From a virus, in the IMG/VR virus record IMGVR_UViG_3300043449_000987, positions 36,368 to 100,367 of that record: a stretch of 64,000 nt of DNA. One strand, given 5' to 3'. The notes under the pieces are model-generated. The model saw only the letters and a program-made list of their open reading frames with translations. It ran no database searches and was not told where the DNA came from. Made by a program: the position numbers and the translations under genes. Numbering within the stretch: the stretch's first letter is position 1; every line of letters starts with the position of its first letter. Of the stretch, positions 1 to 8,357 are shown in pieces.

Positions 1-150
1 TCTTTTATTATATGGTAAAGATGTTCCACCATATCTGTCTTTATAGTATGATGGATATGGGTTTACTTCGGATGGGTTGTGTTGCTCATCTATGAGAATT
101 GCTGCATCTTCTGGTGTTATAAAGTTTTCTACTACTGTTATTCTGTGCAT
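1..150 (-). CDS. Partial ORF running off the window (MHRITVVENFITPEDAAILIDEQ...), probable 2OG-Fe(II) oxygenase N-terminus
   Basis: Not in the ORF track. ATG at 150 with an AGGAGG SD and a TGGTATAAT box upstream. The 'I.vveNFIt.E' start resembles the oxygenase at 53728-54333. Confidence 0.6.
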   Translation of the reverse strand, partial: MHRITVVENFITPEDAAILIDEQHNPSEVNPYPSYYKDRYGGTSLPYNKR

Positions 151-165
151 ATTTCCTCCTTATTA

Positions 166-174
166 ATTATACCA
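166..174 (-). promoter_or_regulatory. Extended -10 promoter TGGTATAAT
   Basis: Directly after the stop of 175..1044 and upstream of the SD of the next gene. The motif recurs across the window. Confidence 0.7.
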
Positions 175-1044
175 CTAACTAATTTCTCGTGTTCTATCGA
201 TAAATCTACGTGCATCAATTTTGTTCATTTTTAGACTTTCTGGATCGTAAAGAACATCATTAGAAGGATAAGGCAACTTCTTTAATTGTTTCAGATTTAT
301 ATTGTGAAAAGCAATGAAGTCTTCAAGGGTTCTGGCCTGCTCTAATGCAGAAAAATATCTATTTTTACCATACTCTAATAAATCAACAACCTCATTATAG
401 TTATGATTTTTAGAAAATGGAACATATAGGGTTTTAATACTATTTTCACCAACAACTCTATATGATCCAGTTGGCATACCATATATGTCAATACCCCTGA
501 CAAACCAACTTAAAGAAAGGTGTTCTTCTTCTCCATTGTATTTTAAATATACTGGATATTTTACAATTTTTAAATGATCTCTTTTAGCAAAAATAAGTGC
601 TCTATCAACATAATTGTTTAATGTAAACGTATCAGAGTCAGAATAAACCTTTTTTAAATAAAAAATATTTTCAAACTCTAATGATATTTTACCCTGTCCA
701 GATACAACACAATTATTTTTTTCAACAAAATCTACTAGTGTAATGTCCCAGTTTTTTTCTAACAAAACGTTATCTTCAAGAAACAGTATGTAATCTGATT
801 TTGACCTGTTTAAAAATGAATATTTTTGTTGACATTGATTTGTTAGCCAATCCCAAAATACATGCTGATAGTAAACATTTGGCATATTACGAAAAGTCTC
901 AGACCTATCTAATGGATGCTGATCAATTACTGCTATATTAATATAACTGCTTTGGCTCTTATTAATAATTAAATTTTCAACAGTTTCTTTTAGATTTTTA
1001 CCCTTGTACGAATAAATTAAAACATCAATCTTGTTCATCGTCAT
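175..1044 (-). CDS. GT-A fold glycosyltransferase, Gnt1/GT60 (hydroxyproline GlcNAc-transferase)-like
   Basis: Motifs I.V.IySYk...LkeTvenL, ILFLEDNVLLEKNWD (cf. lqiDsH.rF...WD) and GEE..LS...fvrGiDIY.P. Confidence 0.6.
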   Translation of the reverse strand: MTMNKIDVLIYSYKGKNLKETVENLIINKSQSSYINIAVIDQHPLDRSETFRNMPNVYYQHVFWDWLTNQCQQKYSFLNRSKSDYILFLEDNVLLEKNWDITLVDFVEKNNCVVSGQGKISLEFENIFYLKKVYSDSDTFTLNNYVDRALIFAKRDHLKIVKYPVYLKYNGEEEHLSLSWFVRGIDIYGMPTGSYRVVGENSIKTLYVPFSKNHNYNEVVDLLEYGKNRYFSALEQARTLEDFIAFHNINLKQLKKLPYPSNDVLYDPESLKMNKIDARRFIDRTREIS

Positions 1045-1801
1045 GGTTTACCTGTCTAATATCTTTATTCTTTACACCAAAAATTTTTCTTCTCCATGCA
1101 GTTTGTTTGTAATACCCATACAGCCTAGATCTTCTATTCTCTGCCATCAATTCATGCCTATCTAATGCCTCATCGGTTTCTTCAACTTCTAGTTGCCACT
1201 CATCTCTTTTAAAAGGAATTATTTGAAAAATTGGAGTACCTTTGGGGATAATCCCCTGAAAATCTTTTTGCAGAAAAAACGCTGTAAAAACTGGTAAACC
1301 CCAAATATCAGACTCAACTATTCCAGACATAGTATAAAAAGGAAGATCGTACCTATTCATTGGGTGTGTAATTAAAACAGAATAACCAGGTGGTGTTTCA
1401 TAATACCAGTTCATTCTCCACCCGTAATGAATTGGGTGACAGTTATTTGGTACTGGCAACTCAATTGTTGGTCTCTTGTCAACAAGCATTACATCACCAC
1501 CCCATGATAATTTTGGCTTACCAAACTCATCTAATTCAACCAATATGTCTTCTTCAAGTACATAATGGTATCCCCCAGTAAGGGCATCAAAAAATGGCAT
1601 GCACATTTTGGTTGCTACCATTGCGCCATCTGCTCCTAGATTATTTTTTACACCCAGAGTAATATCATCATTTGATTTGTCAAATCTTGCAAGACTCCTA
1701 TACCATTCTGGTACCGTTGAAACGGCAGGAACTGGTGGTGTTAATCTACCATCATGTCCAACAAATCCTGGTGTAAATTTTATATCTAATGGTTTACTCA
1801 C
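1025..1801 (-). CDS. DUF6065-like protein (phage oxygenase-cluster family), paralog of 1798..2520
   Basis: K.CMPFFD...GY, TPPGYS.L..HP.NR, SGIV.SD, GTPIFQIIPFKRDEW. Confidence 0.6.
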   Translation of the reverse strand: MSKPLDIKFTPGFVGHDGRLTPPVPAVSTVPEWYRSLARFDKSNDDITLGVKNNLGADGAMVATKMCMPFFDALTGGYHYVLEEDILVELDEFGKPKLSWGGDVMLVDKRPTIELPVPNNCHPIHYGWRMNWYYETPPGYSVLITHPMNRYDLPFYTMSGIVESDIWGLPVFTAFFLQKDFQGIIPKGTPIFQIIPFKRDEWQLEVEETDEALDRHELMAENRRSRLYGYYKQTAWRRKIFGVKNKDIRQVNHDDEQD

Positions 1802-2520
1802 TTATATTCTTTCTTTGATCTGGATTTAATCTTGTATCCATTTACAAAGGTGCTTCGTACATTAAGTCTTTGTTTGGTAAACCGTTTAGATGCAATTTCG
1901 TTTGGAACAATTTCCATCTTCCAGTCTTCTCTTTTAATAGGAACTACCTGAACTAATGGTGTGCCCTGTTTAACAACACCCTTAAAACCTTTTTCAACCC
2001 AAAAGGATAGGTGACCATCTGAAATAAACTTATCAGTGTCAACAAAAGCACTTACAGCCTGAAACGGTGTAGGGTCTTTGTGTACTGGATTCATAAATAG
2101 TGTGCTATATCCCTCTGGTGTTTCAACTGCCCAAAAAGGCATGATTCTAAATAAATCTTTGTGAAACTTATCTTTATCATATGGCATTTCACTATATTGT
2201 TCACGTCCATGCTTTGCAAACATGTCACCCTCAAATTGTTTTAGTGGCATGGGTATAGAGAATGTAATTTTTTCTGGATCAGTAGAATCTATATAAATAT
2301 CGCAAGGGCTTAGAATTAAATATCCACTAGTCATAAGATCAAAGAATGGCATACAGCGCTTTACGGTTGAAGTAGCAAATCCCTGTTTAATTGTTTGCTC
2401 ATCATCAATTGATCCTGGCTGTCTTTTATACCACTCTGGAACCATTTTAGATGCTGGAACTGGTTCTGGTGTAAAACTTTGTGTTTTTTCACTAAACGGG
2501 TAAAACTTAATGTTGTTCAT
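1798..2520 (-). CDS. DUF6065-like protein, paralog of 1025..1801
   Basis: KRCMPFFD..TSGY, TPEGYSTLF..P, VDTD, GTPLVQVVPIKREDW. Confidence 0.6.
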   Translation of the reverse strand: MNNIKFYPFSEKTQSFTPEPVPASKMVPEWYKRQPGSIDDEQTIKQGFATSTVKRCMPFFDLMTSGYLILSPCDIYIDSTDPEKITFSIPMPLKQFEGDMFAKHGREQYSEMPYDKDKFHKDLFRIMPFWAVETPEGYSTLFMNPVHKDPTPFQAVSAFVDTDKFISDGHLSFWVEKGFKGVVKQGTPLVQVVPIKREDWKMEIVPNEIASKRFTKQRLNVRSTFVNGYKIKSRSKKEYK

Positions 2521-3157
2521 AAAAGTCCTTTACTCTTTCTACTATTGTACCACTTCCTTCAAAAACAATATCAAACAGTGGGGTATTTAGTTTTATTTTA
2601 CCAAATTTATCACTCACCATGTGAGGGCCAACCCTTTTAAATTTAAAAGACACAAAATCTGGTTCTAAAATAGACTGATCTATCATCATCTTTTCTCTTT
2701 GCACACTTGTTTCATATATAAAAAACGGAGAATCTTCTTGTGGCTGCTCTATTGATATTTTAACATTTTCATCAATAACCCATGGTGTATAAAACTTATA
2801 GGTCGGATCAAAGCATCCGTCAACCTTTTCTGGATGCTCTTTAGTTTGATAGTATTGTCGCATCCAAGGTCTATCTAAATTAAAAAATTGATTGTGTCTT
2901 TTTTCTAAAAGAAAAAATTCTGCGTGATTATACTGTCTAAGTCTAATAATATTATCTGATATATCTATTAATTTTGGTTTTGGATATAAAACTTCAACAT
3001 ACCTATTAATTGGCTTTATGATTGTAGTCTTATAAACTAAACTTTTGTTTTCCTCAAAAGAATACCATTTAATGGGTATGCGTGAATTCCTAGATATCTC
3101 AGAAAAAACTGGATCGTAGGTTTCATACCATAGATTAAAATTATAATTTTCAGACAT
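2507..3157 (-). CDS. Hypothetical protein, possibly a divergent relative of the two downstream genes
   Basis: Long ORF in the operon; weak echoes (KFYTPW, NTPLFDI). Confidence 0.55.
   Translation of the reverse strand: MSENYNFNLWYETYDPVFSEISRNSRIPIKWYSFEENKSLVYKTTIIKPINRYVEVLYPKPKLIDISDNIIRLRQYNHAEFFLLEKRHNQFFNLDRPWMRQYYQTKEHPEKVDGCFDPTYKFYTPWVIDENVKISIEQPQEDSPFFIYETSVQREKMMIDQSILEPDFVSFKFKRVGPHMVSDKFGKIKLNTPLFDIVFEGSGTIVERVKDFYEQH
2544..2552 (-). promoter_or_regulatory. Extended -10-like element TGGTACAAT upstream of 1798..2520
   Basis: One mismatch to the TGNTATAAT motif, followed by an AAAGGA SD. Confidence 0.4.
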
Positions 3158-3166
3158 AATATTTTG

Positions 3167-3240
3167 CTGGCCTGGTAGGACTCGAACCTACAACCTGTCG
3201 ATTAACAGTCGACTGCAACTGCCAGTTGTGCTACAGGCCA
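3167..3240 (-). tRNA. tRNA-Asn(GTT), CCA not encoded
   Basis: Acceptor TGGCCTG/CAGGCCA, anticodon arm GTCGA-CTGTTAA-TCGAC, T arm GTAGG-TTCGAGT-CCTAC, discriminator G followed by CAA. Confidence 0.95.
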
Positions 3241-3243
3241 ATG

Positions 3244-4704
3244 CTACTTCCTTTCTACCTTAATAACATCTCCAAAGGCACCAGCCTCTATAACAGTTAT
3301 CTTAATATTATTATATACTATATAGTCATTTAGTTTTAGCACTGAGTTTGATCCCTCAAATAGTGTGCTTCTTGTAGACCTATTTGATGGATTAAGCAAC
3401 ATCATTCCATCATTGTGGTCTGTTACAGTTTCGTCAATTAAATAAACTAAGGCGCCATGTGCTTCTTTCCCTAGTTTAAAGTTAAACCCATATGGCCTAA
3501 TTGATTCAATACCAATTGCTTTATTATTGCCTAGCGGTATCATAACAAGTTTAGTCTTACTTGATTTAACTGTTGACGGAACAACCCAACTAACCGATGT
3601 TGATGTTGGCGATTGACACTTAATTTGATCATTTGCATAAAATCCAAGTAACCATTTGTGCCAACCAAGCAAATCAGTCGTTGATCTCCCCATAATACCC
3701 CAATGCCCCATCGTTTGTGTTGGACCATCTGCTGTATCTGCAAGACCTAACCCAGTATGCCACATCTCATGTAGCCACCATGCTGGGTGTTTTAAACCAT
3801 AAAACATGTATCTTTTATTCTCAAAATTTGGAGCAGCCATAGCATCAACAATAATATTTCCTTCATTAGTATTAACTCTATCAAGACCTGACTGCTCAAA
3901 TATTGACTCAGGTGTTCCAGAAGGTACTAAGACAAGCGCCATATTAGCGCCAGCAAAATTAATAGAATTATCTACCTGAGAAATTAAAGCAGAAAGAAAG
4001 GTTGCTGCCTGCTCATTTGTTCTTAGGTGAGTTACATTATAATTTGACAATTTACCATTAAACTTAATATAGTTATCTGGAACCCTAAACTCTACGCTTG
4101 ATGGCACATCTGAGTTATATTCAAGATATTTTTTAACATAGTTAAAATATGCTGAGTAATCTTGCACAGGTGTATTGCCAGTTAATGGGGCATCTTCAGA
4201 GTAGATTGGAATAATTTGAAAAACTGTTTTTGGTGATGGATGTCTACTAGCAAAAAACCAATTGTCAGATCCGAAACCATTTGTACCTAGGTGTGATCTA
4301 CTATCTTGAATCATGCAACTATCTATAGGCATTAAGGCATCACTAGTGATTGTTGTTGGTGTTTCAGAGACTAAAGATGATTCAACAATGCGATATGGAC
4401 TACTGCATCCACCCAAACTTCTATACCAAGAATCAAATGCAAGCCACTCTTTTGGAGTTAATGGATCGACGTCGCATACACCAATTTCTGGTTTAGAAAT
4501 TTCAGTCTTGGGAACTTCTTGAGTTTTGGTTGTAGCAGGCTTTGGTAATTCTGTCCATCTATAAACATATCCTATTTTTTTACAAATTAACCCATTTTTA
4601 ATTTTATCTACTTGTTTATATGAACAAACCTTGGTTGTTGCTGCTTCTGCTGAAAATGTTGGAAATACTAGCGCTAAACTAATTAATACAACAAGTTTCT
4701 TCAT
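3244..4704 (-). CDS. Secreted zinc metallopeptidase (M6/immune inhibitor A-like domain)
   Basis: Signal peptide ending AEA, short C...C.K.G....W domain, HEMWH.GLGLAD zincin motif, W.IMG and GW.KW.LG motifs. Confidence 0.75.
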   Translation of the reverse strand: MKKLVVLISLALVFPTFSAEAATTKVCSYKQVDKIKNGLICKKIGYVYRWTELPKPATTKTQEVPKTEISKPEIGVCDVDPLTPKEWLAFDSWYRSLGGCSSPYRIVESSLVSETPTTITSDALMPIDSCMIQDSRSHLGTNGFGSDNWFFASRHPSPKTVFQIIPIYSEDAPLTGNTPVQDYSAYFNYVKKYLEYNSDVPSSVEFRVPDNYIKFNGKLSNYNVTHLRTNEQAATFLSALISQVDNSINFAGANMALVLVPSGTPESIFEQSGLDRVNTNEGNIIVDAMAAPNFENKRYMFYGLKHPAWWLHEMWHTGLGLADTADGPTQTMGHWGIMGRSTTDLLGWHKWLLGFYANDQIKCQSPTSTSVSWVVPSTVKSSKTKLVMIPLGNNKAIGIESIRPYGFNFKLGKEAHGALVYLIDETVTDHNDGMMLLNPSNRSTRSTLFEGSNSVLKLNDYIVYNNIKITVIEAGAFGDVIKVERK

Positions 4705-4907
4705 TAAATCATAATCCTAACTACATGACAACATGGGTCGCCTCCTGCTTCCCATTCTTCTAATTCTTCTTCCCCCATAAACTCATATCCACCATCATGA
4801 GTGTTACAGTATGGATCGGATACCCAGCCACGTTCAATACCGTTTGAAAGCCAAATACCAAATTCTTGTTCTTCTTGTGATAAGTCTTCACTATGTGTAT
4901 GATTCAT
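4704..4907 (-). CDS. Small acidic Cys/His protein (CNTHDG...DPCCHV), leaderless
   Basis: ATG lies 6 nt downstream of TATACT (4914-4919). Confidence 0.7.
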   Translation of the reverse strand: MNHTHSEDLSQEEQEFGIWLSNGIERGWVSDPYCNTHDGGYEFMGEEELEEWEAGGDPCCHVVRIMI

Positions 4908-4913
4908 ATAATA

Positions 4914-4922
4914 AGTATACCG
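4914..4922 (-). promoter_or_regulatory. -10 element CGGTATACT driving a leaderless transcript
   Basis: 6-nt spacing to the ATG and no SD. Confidence 0.6.
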
Positions 4923-5447
4923 CTAAACACTTACTACGTCAACTGGACCCATGCATGATGGACTAAACTTAATTGCTGCATTAACAGCAGATACTACACG
5001 ATTTCTTGCATTTTTTTGTTTGTCGGTTGCATATAAAACACCATAGGCATATTCTGCGCCAGAACCCATTGCAAGATATGGAAGTGTGTATTTAGATAAA
5101 GACATATCTGCAGAACTGTGCTCATAGATTTCTCCACGAACACAAATAATTAATCCAAGATCTCCATCTTTAGATGTATCAACCCAAAACTCATTATAAA
5201 ATTCTTTAAGTTCTTTAATAAATTTAGTTTGCATAAACTTATCTGTATCTTTTATATTTGGTGCACTTGGTTTAAAGTTGTATCGAATTCTTTCACCATC
5301 CATTGCACCTGCATAGCCAATTAGATATGGACCAATCTTCCAAACTTTTGGTGCATCGAGTGCTAAAATTGTTCCATCATCAGATGCACCACGATCACCA
5401 GCCATATAAACTTTATCGTCTTGTTTTACTACAGCAATACAGGTCAT
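4923..5447 (-). CDS. HslV/proteasome-beta-like Ntn-hydrolase (Thr protease)
   Basis: After Met removal: Thr1, Asp17, Lys33 and the AMGSG motif. Confidence 0.8.
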   Translation of the reverse strand: MTCIAVVKQDDKVYMAGDRGASDDGTILALDAPKVWKIGPYLIGYAGAMDGERIRYNFKPSAPNIKDTDKFMQTKFIKELKEFYNEFWVDTSKDGDLGLIICVRGEIYEHSSADMSLSKYTLPYLAMGSGAEYAYGVLYATDKQKNARNRVVSAVNAAIKFSPSCMGPVDVVSV

Positions 5448-5477
5448 GACAAACCCCTTCTAACAGTTAGAGTTATA

Positions 5478-5507
5478 AGTATACCATCTGTTGAAGGGGT
5501 GGGTCAA
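5478..5507 (-). promoter_or_regulatory. Sigma70/SigA-type promoter TTGACC-N18-TATACT with TG extension
   Basis: -35 at 5502-5507 and -10 at 5478-5483. Confidence 0.75.
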
Positions 5508-5522
5508 GCAAGCAAAATATGA

Positions 5523-5807
5523 TTAATTAGCCTTTTTATCTACAGTTTTAAACGCATCATTGATTTCTGTCAATGTGAGTTTTCCATCGTCCAAAAAAGC
5601 CCTTGCAAGCCTTTCAACGACCGTTGCTACGCCTAGTAAACCTGCAAGCATTACTGCCTGTATTGTATCAATTCCTACTACCGCTCCAGCACCAAGTACT
5701 GATAAACCAGAAGCAGCAAACACTGCTACAATACGCATTAATATATTTGTCAAAGCCTTTTGTGGGTGTTCTTTTTTAGTAGCCTCTACTATTTTTTTAG
5801 TTGCCAT
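5523..5807 (-). CDS. Small 2-TM membrane protein, holin-like (start revised to MATKK)
   Basis: AGGAGG SD upstream of the ATG at 5807; two hydrophobic helices. Confidence 0.65.
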   Translation of the reverse strand: MATKKIVEATKKEHPQKALTNILMRIVAVFAASGLSVLGAGAVVGIDTIQAVMLAGLLGVATVVERLARAFLDDGKLTLTEINDAFKTVDKKAN

Positions 5808-5808
5808 T

Positions 5809-6036
5809 TTAGTCCTCCTTATCCTTATTATTTGCCTTTGCTCCAAAGTATCCACCAATAATACCAATGAGACCTCCAAGAGCAGTTTGTACTAATGTCA
5901 TTACTTCTGCAGATACTTCTACTGGTTCCCCAGTTTTTTGTGTTTCAAGTGCTGCCGTTACGTAATCGCCAACAATTGCTGTAATGATTGCTAAACCAAC
6001 CATTATTGATAATGTATAAATTACTTTATCTTTCAT
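5809..6036 (-). CDS. Small 2-TM membrane protein (start revised to MKDKV)
   Basis: TAATG overlap with the upstream gene; GGLIGIIGGYFG helix. Confidence 0.7.
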   Translation of the reverse strand: MKDKVIYTLSIMVGLAIITAIVGDYVTAALETQKTGEPVEVSAEVMTLVQTALGGLIGIIGGYFGAKANNKDKED

Positions 6037-6242
6037 TAGTCTTCCTTTCTTAACGGAATTGTGATTAGCCAAATTATTGTTGTTGCAACTACAGCAATAC
6101 CAACAATGTCTCTTGCTGATCCCGTCAAAGTTAGCCATGCGATGAAGAAGCCAAGGAGAGTAAAGGCCTGTGCAATTACTTCCACCCCTGCATCTTTAAG
6201 CCATGTGAAGAATCCTTTCACAACTTTTTTGATTATTTTCAT
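6036..6242 (-). CDS. Small 2-TM membrane protein
   Basis: GAGGAGG SD; two hydrophobic segments. Confidence 0.7.
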   Translation of the reverse strand: MKIIKKVVKGFFTWLKDAGVEVIAQAFTLLGFFIAWLTLTGSARDIVGIAVVATTIIWLITIPLRKED

Positions 6243-6243
6243 A

Positions 6244-8253
6244 TTACCTCCTCATCCCAATTATTGTGCTTGCTATTTGTGAAACAATTACAACTGGTAT
6301 AACTACCTCTTGGGCCTTTTCCCTCTGATCGTCTGTCATATCGCTACCCAACTCAGAGAAATTAGATAGTAATTCTAGTGGGTCCACATTAAATAATGCT
6401 CCAAGTGGATCTGCCAAGAATGCTTCTGTTTGTACCTCTGTTACTGCATCTGCTAATGTAAATGGCATTGGGGTATCTCCTGCATCCTTTGCTCTTTCTG
6501 AGAACTCAACAAATGCTGATGCAAGTGTTGGATTAGACTTCATCTGGTCTGCAATCTTTGCAACTTCTCCTGCAGAAATACCAAGATTTCCAGCAATTTC
6601 TGCCTTTGCTTCTTGTGTTAAAGCCTTAAGTGTTTGACTAACTGCAGCAACTTGTTCTGGTGATAGTTTAACTAATTTGTTATCTTTGCTTGTAAGGTTA
6701 GCAATAACTCCAGATAAATCTTCTGTTGTTCCTGTTCCCTTTTCAGGAATTAATGCTGCCAATTCTTTATCTTGTATGATAGGATTATCTTGTGGTTCTT
6801 CAGAAGGTTCGGCAGGAGTTGGCTCTGGTTCAGGAGTTGGCTCTTGATCTATATCCGTTGACTGAGGTGAAGGCTCTGGTTCTGGCTCTTGAGAGGTCTC
6901 AGGCTCAGGGGTTGGCTCTGGAGTCGCCTCATGTGTGGTTTCAGGGGTTGGCTCTGGAGTGGGATCGACTTGTTGTGTTTGCTCAGGAGATGGTTCAATA
7001 GTAGGCTGATTTGCTGCAGCGTTTGCTGCTGCCTGTGCTATTGCAATTTGAATTTCTCTTTCTTTTTGTTCTTTATAATAGTCCCATGCATCATCAATAG
7101 AGTTGTTTAGGTTTACTAAAGACTGCTCATATGCTAATTCTGCAGCATTCTTGGCTGATAGAGAAGTTGTTAGATTTGTTTGAGCAGTTGTTAGGTTTTG
7201 TTCTGCAGTTGTTAGGTTTGTTTGTGCTGTTGTTAGGTTTTGAACTTCTTGATTGTATATAGATAGTTTGTCATTATAAACTTCTTGTGCTGATTGTTGT
7301 GCTGCAACTGCATTATTATATGCAGAAATTTGTGTTGCTGTTGGTCCAGATCCAGAAGAAAATGTATTTAAATTACAACTAAACCCTACTCCCCACCCAC
7401 CAGTATAATCACAACCAGCACCAGTCCATCCGCCAGGGATTGCCCATCCAAGATGATAAGATCCTGGACCTCCACCGTTATACCACCATATTTCTACATC
7501 TAAAGTTTTATCTTGACTAACATCATATACTGGAGAATATGCACTCCATCTAACTCCTTGCTCTACCCAGTTGTTAATAGCAAGTTGTCCATTAACGTAC
7601 ATTTTAAAACCATCATCTGTATAGCCTGCAAAATAAGTTGATGTCCAATGTGAAGGAACTGTAATAGTTCCAGTAAACTTTACAACAATATTTTCATATC
7701 TGTTTCCACAAACTGGCAATTGCATTGAATTTGAATTCCAAGTTCCAGAACAAATAACAGAATCTGGTGTTGCTATACTTGGCCATGTTCTTACTAAATT
7801 ATAAACAGTATAAGAAAGTCCTTGTCCACTGGCTGATTGCATGTTTGCCTGTGTTGTTTGAACATTTAGGTTTGCAATATCTAACGCATCCTGAGCATTA
7901 TTTTTATTAGTTAGGGCTGTGGCTACCGTAATAGTTTGTCCATCTACTGTTGATTGTGCTAAGGTCTTTGCTTCAACTGCCGTGGCTTCTGCCTCAACTG
8001 CATTATTATAGGCTGCTGTAGCACTATCTTGTGCTATTTTTGCTGAGTAAGCAATATCATATTTATCCTCTGCGACCTCAATTAGCCCATTAAACTCATC
8101 CTTATAGTTAAGGTCATCAGCACTGTCTTTAAGGTCTTGTATTTCTTGGGCAGCAACTGCTAGTGGATCATCAGAATGTGCGTCTGTAGGGGCTATTAGG
8201 AGCCACCCAAAGGCTAATATAGTGGCTGTTGCTATGCGGAATAATCGCTTTAT
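6244..8253 (-). CDS. Secreted/anchored PA14-domain protein with coiled coils and a Pro/Glu/Thr linker; predicted AUA start, 669 aa
   Basis: The frame stays open 137 codons upstream of the track's Met at 7842. ATA at 8253 sits 7 nt after GAGGAGG and begins a signal peptide (KRLFRIATATILAFGWLLIAPTDAHS). PA14 motif GYTDDGFKMYVNGQLAINNW; hydrophobic C-terminus followed by RR. Confidence 0.75.
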   Translation of the reverse strand: MKRLFRIATATILAFGWLLIAPTDAHSDDPLAVAAQEIQDLKDSADDLNYKDEFNGLIEVAEDKYDIAYSAKIAQDSATAAYNNAVEAEATAVEAKTLAQSTVDGQTITVATALTNKNNAQDALDIANLNVQTTQANMQSASGQGLSYTVYNLVRTWPSIATPDSVICSGTWNSNSMQLPVCGNRYENIVVKFTGTITVPSHWTSTYFAGYTDDGFKMYVNGQLAINNWVEQGVRWSAYSPVYDVSQDKTLDVEIWWYNGGGPGSYHLGWAIPGGWTGAGCDYTGGWGVGFSCNLNTFSSGSGPTATQISAYNNAVAAQQSAQEVYNDKLSIYNQEVQNLTTAQTNLTTAEQNLTTAQTNLTTSLSAKNAAELAYEQSLVNLNNSIDDAWDYYKEQKEREIQIAIAQAAANAAANQPTIEPSPEQTQQVDPTPEPTPETTHEATPEPTPEPETSQEPEPEPSPQSTDIDQEPTPEPEPTPAEPSEEPQDNPIIQDKELAALIPEKGTGTTEDLSGVIANLTSKDNKLVKLSPEQVAAVSQTLKALTQEAKAEIAGNLGISAGEVAKIADQMKSNPTLASAFVEFSERAKDAGDTPMPFTLADAVTEVQTEAFLADPLGALFNVDPLELLSNFSELGSDMTDDQREKAQEVVIPVVIVSQIASTIIGMRR
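6795..6970 (-). repeat. Coding low-complexity PEPTPE/EPSP linker repeats
   Basis: Repeated ggagttggctctgg-like units. Confidence 0.8.
7165..7242 (-). repeat. About 4 copies of a 21-bp coding heptad repeat (NLTTAQT/NLTTAEQ)
   Basis: gttgttaggttt units at 21-nt periodicity. Confidence 0.8.
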
Positions 8254-8291
8254 TTGCCTTCCTCCTCGCAGACTAGATGTCTGATAGGATG

Positions 8292-8300
8292 ATTATACCA
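8292..8300 (-). promoter_or_regulatory. Extended -10 promoter TGGTATAAT
   Basis: Immediately downstream of a terminator and upstream of the AUA-start gene. Confidence 0.7.
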
Positions 8301-8311
8301 TTTTATTGCAT

Positions 8312-8343
8312 AAAAAAGAGGGCCAGTGTATAACTGACCCTCT
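8312..8343 (-). terminator. Intrinsic terminator
   Basis: AGAGGGTCAGT-TATAC-ACTGGCCCTCT hairpin followed by a T run. Confidence 0.85.
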
Positions 8344-8357
8344 AATTTATAAGTTAA

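Noticed and set aside
5523-6242. Definite lysis cassette
   Set aside because: No endolysin is recognisable nearby, so the holin call stays tentative.
7843-8290. Non-coding RNA or pseudogene in the apparent gap
   Set aside because: It is an uninterrupted in-frame extension encoding a signal peptide and a coiled coil.
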